Translations under genes and position numbers: made by a program
Origin: Macrostomum lignano
Lineage: Eukaryota
Direction of reading: 5' to 3'
DNA: 61,834 nt
Assembly: GCA_002269645.1 (NCBI GenBank)
Contig: NIVC01004069.1
Span: 1-61,834, forward strand
Shown here: positions 51,950 to 61,834 of the stretch, piece after piece
Layout: each line of letters begins with the position of its first letter
Position numbering within the stretch: the stretch's first letter is position 1
The notes under the pieces: model-generated
What the model saw: only the letters and a program-made list of their open reading frames with translations
The model's database searches: none
What the model was told of the DNA's origin: nothing

Positions 51950-54616
51950 GGCACCTCCGATCGGCGTCCGTTATTGAAGGTAGGGGTACTACCCGAGCTA
52001 CAGAACTCAGGGGTTTTAGTAGCAATATAAGCCAGGAAGTCTTCACCTCTCTGGTTAATATCAGAACTGCCCCAGTGGGTATGGTGGGCGTTGATATCGC
52101 CTGCCACAAGCAGCTCATAATTTCTGGTGGAGCAGAGCTCGACCAGTGTGACAAGCTCCCCTGGGATCATCTCGCCGTCACCCGGTAGGTAAACGGAGGC
52201 GATGAGGGTAGCACTCCCACTCCCAGGGAGTATGTCTTCAGATTGGATGACGCAGATGTCCCTGGTGGACAGGTCCGATCTGAGCCATGCGTTAATAGAA
52301 TTGGACACCATGATGCAGGATCTTGGTGTCATGTTTCCCTCCCGGGTGCCAGCGGTTAAACACTGGTAGCCGGTGGGGACATGTTGGGGGCTGCCCCTTA
52401 GCGTCCAAGGTTCCTGGATAAGGATAATCCCTGGCGCGTATTGGTCAGTGTGCTTCAAGAGGTTGACCGAAGCAGCAATGCCGTGCTGCAGGTTGACCTG
52501 CAAGCAGTGGATGCCCTGGGAGACGGTCATGTCTACTGTCCAGGGGAGGAGAAAAGCAACTCATTCTCAGCCTCATCGGTGAGAGTTGAGTCGCCAATTT
52601 CCATTGGCTCAGGCAAGGACCACTAGAAGTAACTTCTAGTGGTCCTTGGGCTCAGGCCCAGCCGCCTCCCCAGCCGCCGCGGAGGCGGACACGGCGCCCA
52701 CGGCAGGTGAGTCACCTAGCCGCGCTACACCGCCCTCCCCCCAGCGACTGGGGTACGGCTGCTGCCTTCGCCTTGCGCCGCCCCGCCGTCGGGAGTCTGA
52801 GCTCGGCCGGCAGCGTCCTGCTGGTGGTAATCCCACCAGTTGGAAGGCTGAACCATGCCGTCGTCCAGTTCCCTCGGCTGGCTTTCAGTGTTTTTGCGAG
52901 CAGCACGAGTCTGCTCGAGGTGAAGTCTCAGAGACTGAGCTTCGTCAAGTGCGCGCTGGATTAGCCCGGACCGCCGGTTACTGCGGGCGGGTCTACGTCC
53001 GCGCGAGGCGGACTCAGCAGCGCGAATAGCCTTGTTAGGCTCGGGATCGGGTTGCTGCTGCCGCTTGGCCGGCGGAGCCTGAGCCCCAGCTCCGGGAGCG
53101 GCGCGCTTCCCGTCGTTCTTGGTCTCCACCTTGCCCTCCTCACAGTGGAGGATGGTCAGTTGATGGAGACCAAGCTGACGTGGAGGTTTGTGCCGTGTGG
53201 TAGCCGCTTGGCCCATCCCTCCGTCAGGCCGAGGATGACGGTGGCCCCGATCGTGCCCTTGCGGACCGTGCTGTGGTACACAAGACCACTGGCGTCAAGA
53301 TCCGGGTGCCGCTTGAGCAGGAGCTGCCGCAGCTGCTCCCCGGACTTGATCGCACTGTCGGCCGGGACCCAAATCCGATGGCGGATGGTCTTCGGCCGCT
53401 CGCTCTCCAGGGCGAAGGTCGACTGGCCCAGATCGCTGTGCCAGTCGAACTTGGGCAGCTGATCCCGCAGGGTCTGGGTGCTTTCCTTGAATTTGCACCA
53501 CAGTAGGATGCACCCGTTCGCCTTGGTGGACTTGACGATATCCACGAAGACGCCCTTCAGGGTTAGGTTGAGCAAGCCCTCGTCGATGGTACGCCACGCG
53601 ACGTCGAGCTGCTCGGGCGTCAGGTCGAAGTCCCCGCCGAGGATCATCACGGCGGGTTGCAGCGGCTGCTTGACCTTGGAGGCGTAGGACTCGGAGGTCT
53701 TGAGCGGGGCCGCCTTGTCCTTGGAGAGCGGTAGGCCGGCAGGGTTTCCCCCTGAGAGTCCGAGGACACGGCGGTTCCTGACGGCCCAGCCGCGCCACTG
53801 GACTCCCCAGAGGGCCTCCCCGCTGCGGTGGCTCCCGAAGGCCTCACCGCGGCTTGCCCGCCCTCCGCGGGCGCAGCAGCAGCCCGCTTCTTCTGCCGCT
53901 TACGGTTGCGGCGAATGTTTCGCTGCCGTCGGTACTCGGCCGTGCGCGGTCGGCTAGACTGGCGGCCAGGGTGCTCGGCGGCAGCGTTAGCTGGCCCAGT
54001 TGGACCAGGTTGGGCCTTGGTGCTACCAGTGGTAGCTACCGGAGCGGCTGATCCCGGTGGGCCAGAGGCGACCGGGTCAGTTTCGATCGTTTGGGATGGT
54101 GGCGTTAGTGGTCATAGCTGAAAAGCGGGGAGGGCTACTCGTTACGCGAGTTGAGTACCCGACTGGCCGACACCTCAAGCCAGCCGGTTTGAAAAAGGGG
54201 ACCGCTAGCGACCGGACTACTCCCGGCCTTCCAGCCCATCGGCACGGTCAAACACCTTCGGCATTAGAGGGCCTTAGGCATTAAGCATATATTAGCTTCA
54301 AGCAGCAGCACGGCCTGCAGGCTGGCGAGCATACCCAAATTCGGCCAAAGCCACTGGATGGGTCGCCAGCGCCGGAGCCCAGTCTGTCCAGCAGCCCTAG
54401 GGTCTGCCTTGAACACACGCGGGGACGGGTACCCCTGGGTCGACTTGTGAAACAGCGTGGGGGAGTCTGCGGCTGCCAGAAGCAAATAGAGGGTGCAGAC
54501 CTCCCGCCAGCCTTGACCTGCGGATAGGTAGGGGCAGGCGTGAAGCATCGCAGACCTTAGCTCGTAGGCCTAGCCTGCCTTTACTTCACTGGCATGCTGA
54601 ATACGCCTTCGCGTGC
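51950..54616 (-). mobile_element. 5' half of a Loa/Lian-like LINE (5'UTR, ORF1, APE), broken at the end of the endonuclease
   Basis: ORF1 fragments 53156-53650 and 52725-53216. APE motifs LQVNLQH, LIQEP, SVYLP, GDINAHH and PTFNNG. The 5'UTR shares blocks with the 44-49.7 kb LINE. Confidence 0.88.
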
Positions 54617-55121
54617 CCTACAATTGTCAAGTGTAAACCCCATCTGCGATTCATCAATCGGCATGCACCCGGATGAACCAATCAAGATAACCAAAAATAA
54701 CCCAGCTACGGTAACCAATCACGCGCGCTTACACTAGACTAGTGGCTTAACTTCTACCCTGTCATGTAGCTTGACAGCAATTAAAGCATGACCCTTTGAC
54801 ATTTACGAAAATGTGATGAACGACCTCGAGAGGGGTCCGTTTGCCTATAAATACAAGTGGTCGAAAGCGGACCCAGAGCCAACAACCGAACCGCTAGGGA
54901 TCCCATAGCTAGTTAATTCGAAGCTTCCGATTGGTCCGAAACACAGATAACGGCCGGCAATACTCCAAGGAGCACCAAAAAGGACCAACACCAGAGTGAG
55001 CTAGGAACCACGAGGCGCCTGAACAACTGATCAACGAATTCACTAGAACATCCCTGACGCGCCCTGCTGATCTACATGTACTATAATATTACTGTGACCT
55101 TGCACGGGGGCCGCGTAGTAC

Positions 55122-55122
55122 T

Positions 55123-55158
<36 letters not shown>

Positions 55159-55170
55159 TTGTTGTTGTTC
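55122..55170. repeat. (TTG)n microsatellite
   Basis: Direct reading. Confidence 0.9.
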
Positions 55171-58100
55171 AGTGTACATGTTTTATACGCGTCATATACT
55201 CTTTAAGCATATATTAGCTGACTTTTAGAGAGTTACATGTACGATCGAGTACAGTTACTTGTAAAACATGTATAGTTATGTGATTAATGTGATGTGATGT
55301 AAGGTAATGCAATACAATGTAATGTAAACCAATGATGGTATTGAAAGTGCATGTCATTTATGGAAGCTCTTCTTAAAAATTGAATGAAACTCATGAATTG
55401 TAGTTTATAGAAAAATAAAATCATCTTCGAATCATTAAAGTTTCTGGCAAAATGTCATTGATGCAAGTTAATTACGAAAGAACCAAGTTTTTCTTTATTA
55501 AAATCATCTACACCTAAGTTTGTTAAATTGTAAACTAAGATTAGACGGATTACTTTTCAGCACGCGTAAAATTTTCATTGTGTGCCTAAAAGTTCTTAAG
55601 CACACATTCTTAAGCATACATGCCCACATTTCAAAGTAAAATTTGCTCGTAAGTTTTGCAATGAATAGTAGTAATAAAGCATGTAAGTGAAAAATAAAAT
55701 GACTTTTAACGTTAAAAACGTAAGAACTATTATAGTTGCGAAGTGTCTTTGATTTAATCGCTTAAAAGCATATTAATATTTTCAAAATCACCTGTCGAGC
55801 CGGTAGAAATATAAATTAGATCCTTGGAACGAACACAGGAAACTTTCGGCCCAACTTACTATTTTAAATAAACAGGCGCAAGAGCCAATTTTAAAACGGC
55901 TGACGCGCGGCCCGGTGAGCTGTCTGCTTGACTCTCCCGTGGCAAACTTATTAACGAACGAGGAAACTTTCGGCAACTAGCCTTACCATCAGGCATCAGC
56001 CATCGCCATGCCTAATTCCTACTAACGTATCTACGACTGCTATACGAGTAATAATAATTCTTTTGCATTTGGGCAAATAATATAAATTGACTAGGTTCAA
56101 TTGCTTTCACGCGTACTCTACATGTACTAGACAAATCTAGTTAGATCAATCAAGCCGATGCCCGATGGCTATGGTTAGACCTATATTTGTCATTTGTGCT
56201 TTAACTTAACATTTCTTAATTAGCATCGTTAGGTAGGACCTATGCCTATGGACGATTCGGAGCGCTGCCCAGGGCCTGAGTATAGTCTCTGTGCAGGCTA
56301 GTAGGGGCCTATTGTAATTATTTATATAACTGCAATTTAATAAATTATAGCTAGATAGATAGATCAATGAATAGTACTAGTATAGGCCTATTTAATCATC
56401 AGTTATCTAGTAGATATCAATCATAATTGACAAAGAGCCAAAATATGTGGATCAATGTTGGCTTTTCTAATTCAACATAGGTCTAGGTGCAATGCATTGC
56501 CATTAGACTTGTATTTATTTTGTAGCATAACTAGGGCCTATTCTATAGTTTTGTTTGTTAAATTATTTTGACTCTAGAAAAAAAATCTACAAACTATTTT
56601 TAGCACAAAAACTAATTTTAAGAGACTAATGATTAAACACTAATTTGAATAAATATCTATTACTAATATTAGGCTTAGTTTCATTAACACTTATTGTAAT
56701 TTTCAATTTGGCCTAAAAAGCTCAAGTTTAAAAAAGATAAGACTTTTTTATGACTTTTTGTTTTTTTCTAGCCAATTGGCATGCTTTCAAGTTTTATCAG
56801 TTCATCATTTATACCATAGTTTGAATTGTGTTGTGTATTAGTATAGGTATAGGCCCTATGGCTATGCTGGGTCTAGTAGGGGAAAAAGTATAGGACCACA
56901 TTTGTATGCCAGTATTAAAAAGTTTTCAACTATGTACACTGAAGTTGTACACTTTTTTCATTTTTGAACCTATTATTCCTGCATAATTAAAAACTAGAAA
57001 CTATGGACTTTTTAATGTGCAACGAGAAAATAGGCCTACAATTATAAAAGAAGTACGTTAAATATTTTTTGCTAAAAATGAAAAAAAAAATTAAATTTGT
57101 TTTTTTTTCTATGTTCCATAATGATAGTGTTGCATATAGTCTATTCTATATAAAGTCATTTTATTTGATCCTAACATATATATAGGTATATCATAGATAT
57201 AAGCCAAAATTTTCCACTGTGTCATTAGTCATATATGCTAGGATGTAATATGTATGTTGATGTATGTTGAAAAATGGCAAGTTCCCTTGTTGCTGTATAC
57301 CGGGAAATCCCAGTATACATGTTGCCTTCCAAACTATGGCATTTATAGAGTCTAGTGACTTAGTAAGATTTTAAAATGTTCAATTTTCATGTTTTTGTTG
57401 TTATTCTTAGGTAGATCTAATTTGTACAAGTAAATAGACATCTCATTTGTAAAAATTGATTTAGAAATAAAAAAGTTATGACTATTTTATTGTGATAATT
57501 TCTTTGATTTTTATGGTATATTTTTTTTCAATAACAACTATGATTTGTTAATTTAAATATTAATTGAATAAATTAAGTAGAAAAAAGCAAGTCAAAAATG
57601 GTACAAACATTTTAAAAAGAAACAAATAACAAAAGTAAATAAAATAGTAAGATTATGTAAAAGAAAAAGAAAAATCATATTTTTAAATATAAAAAACTTT
57701 TTAGTAAAAAACTTTTTTATTTCAATTCTTTTGAACTGTCTTGTTCATTTTTATATTTGTTTTCTTCATTTTTAGGTGTATACTTTGTTCCCAATCCAAT
57801 AGCAATATTGATATACATAATGTTAGGGGGTGCAATCTTTGTAGCCTTTTCCAGGTGAATCCAGGTAAGTTTTATAAAAAATTGCTATAGCTATTCAATG
57901 TAGAATATTATGCCAAAATTCTACATTGATAAGTCATAGGTGGAAAGTAGTAGCACAATGTTTACTATTGAGCTTTATTGCAGCCAGTATTGAGGCTAAC
58001 ATTATAAAGAGAAAAGTTGTGGCACAATCTCAATTAGAATTATTCAGTTAATAAGATTTTGACCATTTCTAGCCTCCATTAAAAGCATTGGAAAAACTCT

Positions 58101-59153
58101 TTCAAATATTTTACCATCTTCCCATTCAAATTTTTCAATGCAATTATTTCCACATAATCCACAAGAATTTCCATTTGAATAAAGCAAGTTTTTAAAAATT
58201 GGTTTAGGCGTTCAGGCTATAGACTGAAATATTAGTCAGACAAACCTTAGACATTTAGTTTATTGTGAGTGATAATAGAAATCTCAATCAAGGAAAAAGA
58301 CTTGAAAATTAATTATATATTTTTTTCACTGTTGTTTTTGGTCAAAAGGTTTATGATATCTTGATTTATAACTATGGCACACATTGAAATCTTTTTTGGA
58401 AACTTAATGATAAAACTTATAATTGTTTATAAATTTAAATTGCATTTTTATGTAAACTATGTAATTTCTACATATTTTATAAGCTATATGACATTTTAGT
58501 GACATTAATATTTCCATTATTTAAACTTTAATTTAGGTTAATTTAAACTAAAATCAATATTCAATGAAGTAAAAATAATATTATTTAATAATTTTCAAAA
58601 TAGAAATGCAAATGTTATTTTTTTTCTTAAATTTATCATATACCTAGATAGATGAAATTTTTTTAGCATATTAGATATACTTATAAATTGTGCAAAGCTG
58701 AAAGTTTGACAAAGCCAATAGACTTCTTTCTCTTACTTTTAATTTTTAGCCAAAGACCAACCTTTAACTTAAATGTCCATTTTTCAATGTCTTTTGTAGA
58801 TGTGATTTAAGCCCATTGTGATCCAAATTATACATGTACATGTATAAGATTTAAATATCCAATAAGAAAATAGTTTTTTAATGTAACCATCTTCTAAACT
58901 GTATATTAGAGGTTCTGCTTCTGATTATTTGTAAAACTTGTTTATCCACCATTTCTGCCCGTGAATCTGCTACACAACTTGGCCATCATACAAAATTGTC
59001 AACCTTTAGCTCAGGCAATTTGGAAAAAAACTTTTCCAACTGAGAAAATTGAGCTGCCAAATCACTCATTATTTTGAGTTCAATGCACTGCAGCTGAAGC
59101 TTTATTGACTTATTTTTGCTGATTCTGTGTGCCTGTTCAAACAGCCAGCTTCC

Positions 59154-60891
59154 ATGTTTAACAACGATTATAACGACCTAATTAAGATTCTGCGTATTCC
59201 AAGTCATGAGAGAACTGACGAGGTAATTGGTTATGCATGTGTACCATTTGTACTTTTGATTTACGAAGATATGGTCGAGATATTAATTTACTGCGTAGAT
59301 AACAACCATTGGCTCAAAGTATGAGTTTATTTTTAGACATTAGCATAGCCCAGTGTCTTATGCTATGTCGCTGTGAACTAATTGCTTAAAATAATTGATA
59401 AGAAATATGCATTTTTAGCAGTTAGAATGTATCAGTATTTTATTGTAGCTCTGGTGTGTCATTTTTGTGTCATTTGTTCTGTCCTTCTCTCCCGCCCCTA
59501 CCTACCAAATCTACTGCCTTTCTACCCTATTCTCTTTCCGCCTCTACCATATCTACCCTATTCCCTTCCACCCCCTACCATATCTACCCTATTCCCTTCC
59601 ACCCTACCATATCTACCCTATTCCCTTCCACCCCTACCATATCTACCCTATTCCCTTCCACCCCTACCATATCCACCCTATTCCATTCCGCCCTCTACCA
59701 CATCTAACCTATTGTCTTTCCGCCCCTCTACCATATTCTAAGGGTCTTTCCGCCCCTCTACCATATTCTACCCTATTGTCTTTCCGCCCCTCTACCATAT
59801 TCTACCCTATTGTCTTTCCGCCCCTTCTACCATAGTCTACCCTATTGTCTTACCGCCCCCTCTACCATAGTCTACCCTATTGTCTTACCGCCCCCTCCAC
59901 CATATTCTACCCTATTGTCTTTCCGCCCCCTCTACCATATTCTAGCCTATTGTCTTTCCGCCTTTTCTACCATATTCTACCCTATTGTCTTTCCGCCCCC
60001 TCTATCATATTCTACCCTATTGTCTTTCCGCCCCCTCTACCATATTCTACCCTATTGTCTTTCCGCCCCCTCTACCATATTCTACCCTATTGTCTCTCCG
60101 CCCCTCTACCATATTCTAGCCTATTGTCTCTCCGCCCCTCTACCATATTCTAGCCTATTCTCCTAACGTAGGATCTGTTGAACAAGTGAGTGCATAAATT
60201 TTGAGTTATGTAGAGTTTTTGTTACATTTTTGCACCGGAATAAGCAGGTACATTAAATATCTATAATTATCTGTGCGTTCACTGCTTCGAATATTAATAG
60301 AATTCTTAGTCACTAAGCTTTGTGTGGTAGATTTCAATTTCTAAATTTGGGGTTTGGCATATCAGTAAACAGAGCCTTAGAAATTGGAAACAGATTCTGC
60401 ATTAGCGTATGATTTGTTTACATTTTTAACATCATGATTACATTGTAAGTCATCGCTTTAGAGATTGTACAGTTTAAATGCAATGCACACGAATTAATTA
60501 AAAAGTGAAATGCTTCTATTTCTACTTATAAGTAGACTACTGGTCTGAAATGCTTAATTAATGATTTTTCATGTAAAAATGTTCGCAGGAGCACGACTAT
60601 CTGTTTGCATTTCTGCGCAGCATTGACGAATTGAAGCACTACAGAGAGAATTTGTTAAAGTCAATCGCTTGGATTATTAGACACGAAGAATACCCGGTGC
60701 CAAATACTGTTATCTACAGGTAAGCTAAAGTATGCAGTTTATCTAGCTATGCTACTTATTACTCGTTAAACCAGTAGTTATGCGAAAATTTTGATTTCTA
60801 TTTTTAGCAATGGCAGTCGAATCACTTGCTGGTATATTCTATTGTCTGGTTCCATTTTTCTTGGCGGAAAAATGTTTTTGCCAACTACTTG
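59154..60891 (+). CDS. RAPGEF2: 5' exons of a PDZ-GEF (RAPGEF2/RAPGEF6-like), first cNMP-binding-like domain; exons 59154-59222, 60589-60719, 60808-60891; continues beyond the window
   Basis: Spliced product MFNNDYNDLIKILRIPSHERTDE-EHDYLFAFLRSIDELKHYRENLLK..YSNGSRITCWYILLSGSIFLGGKMFLP matches the recalled RAPGEF2/6 N-terminal motif CWYILLSGSVFI...MFLP. Junctions are GT-AG with consistent phases. The start codon is inferred. Confidence 0.8.
59490..60165. repeat. Pyrimidine-rich ~34-bp minisatellite in a PDZ-GEF intron (ccgcccctctaccatattctaccctattgtcttt)
   Basis: Tandem units read directly. Confidence 0.92.
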
Positions 60892-60934
60892 GTGAGTTTT
60901 TCTGTGTTTTATTGTGCTTTGTGAGTTTTTTAGG

Positions 60935-61834
60935 AAGGGGAGGGAGAGGATAGAGGGCGGAGAGGGAGAGGATATGGGGCGGAGAGGGGAGAGGATAAGG
61001 GCGGAGAGGGAAAGGATAGGGCGGAGAGGGAGAGGATATGGGGCGGAGAGGGAGAGGATAAGGGGCGGAGAGGGAAAGGATAGGGGGCGGAGAGGGAGAG
61101 GATATGGGGCGGAGAGGGAGAGGATAAGGGGCGGAGAGGGAAAGGATAGGGGCGGAGAGAGAGAAAGGATAGGGGCGGAGAGGAAAAGGATAGGGGCGGA
61201 GAGGGAGAGGATATGGGGCGTAGAGAGGAGAGGATAGAGGGCGGAGAGGGAGAGGATAAGGGGCGGAGAGGGAGGAATAGGGGCGGAGAGGGAGAGGATA
61301 GAGGGCGGAGAGGAGGGATGATAGGGGCGGAGAGGGAGTGGATAAGGGGGCGGAGAGGGAGAGGATAGGGGGCGGAGAGGAAGAGGATAGAGGGCGGAGA
61401 GGGAGAGGATAAGGGGCGGAGAGGGAGAGGATAGAGGGCGGAGAGGAAGAGATAGGGGCGGAGAGGGAGTGGATAGGGGCGGAGAGGGAGAGATAGGGGC
61501 GGAGAGGGAGAGGATAGGGGCGGATAGAGAGAGGATAGGGGCGGAGGAGGGGATAGGGGGCGGAGAGGGAGAGGATAGGGGCGGAGAGGGGATAGAGGGC
61601 GGAGAGGGAAAGGAGGCGGCGGATAGAGAGAGGATAGGGGGCGGAGGAGGGATAGGGGGCGGAGAGGGAGAGGATAGGGGCGGAGGGAAGAGGATAAGGG
61701 CGGGGAGGGGAGAGGATAAGGGGCGGAGAGGAGAGGATAGGGGCGGAGAGAGGGAAGATAAGGGGCGGGAGAGGGAGAGGATAGGGGCGGGGAGGGGAGA
61801 AGAGGATAGGGCGGCGGATAGAGAGAGGATAGGG
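60935..61834. repeat. Purine-rich ~22-bp minisatellite in a PDZ-GEF intron (gggcggagagggagaggatag), runs to the window end
   Basis: Tandem units read directly. Confidence 0.92.

Noticed and set aside
54281-55219. 17-bp direct repeat ttaagcatatattagct (54281 and 55203) resembling the 28S rRNA 5' motif
   Set aside because: No flanking rRNA similarity and no coherent element between the copies.

Overview
Eukaryotic (metazoan) genomic DNA. GC-richer exons are separated by AT-rich GT-AG introns, and many introns carry their own tandem minisatellite. This style resembles a Macrostomum-like flatworm genome (inference only). Host genes assembled by hand from splice sites: MO25/CAB39 (+, 5933-10081, 4 exons, 358 aa); a GH20 beta-hexosaminidase (+, 12134-26576, 12 exons, 844 aa) with an unusual ~190-aa C-terminal tail ending in hydrophobic helices; a selenoprotein L gene (-, 30425-28225, 5 exons, 319 aa) that the ORF track mostly misses; two paralogous small secreted 6-Cys proteins (-, 40224-40556 and 42918-43199); and the 5' part of a PDZ-GEF/RAPGEF2-6 gene (+, from 59154). 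The selenoprotein L gene is the most notable result: it has two in-frame TGA codons in a UxxU motif (LRHLA-U-HP-U-QQH) and a type II SECIS at 27594-27642. Mobile DNA includes two decayed EnSpm/CACTA elements, an RTE LINE, a full-length Loa-like LINE nested in a MITE, a Tc1-like transposase remnant, a tRNA-derived SINE and MITEs. One further Loa-like LINE appears split into two halves 16 kb apart, flanked by a single 13-bp target-site duplication. Most long low-complexity ORFs in the track are tandem-repeat artefacts. No searches were run; family assignments rest on motif recognition.
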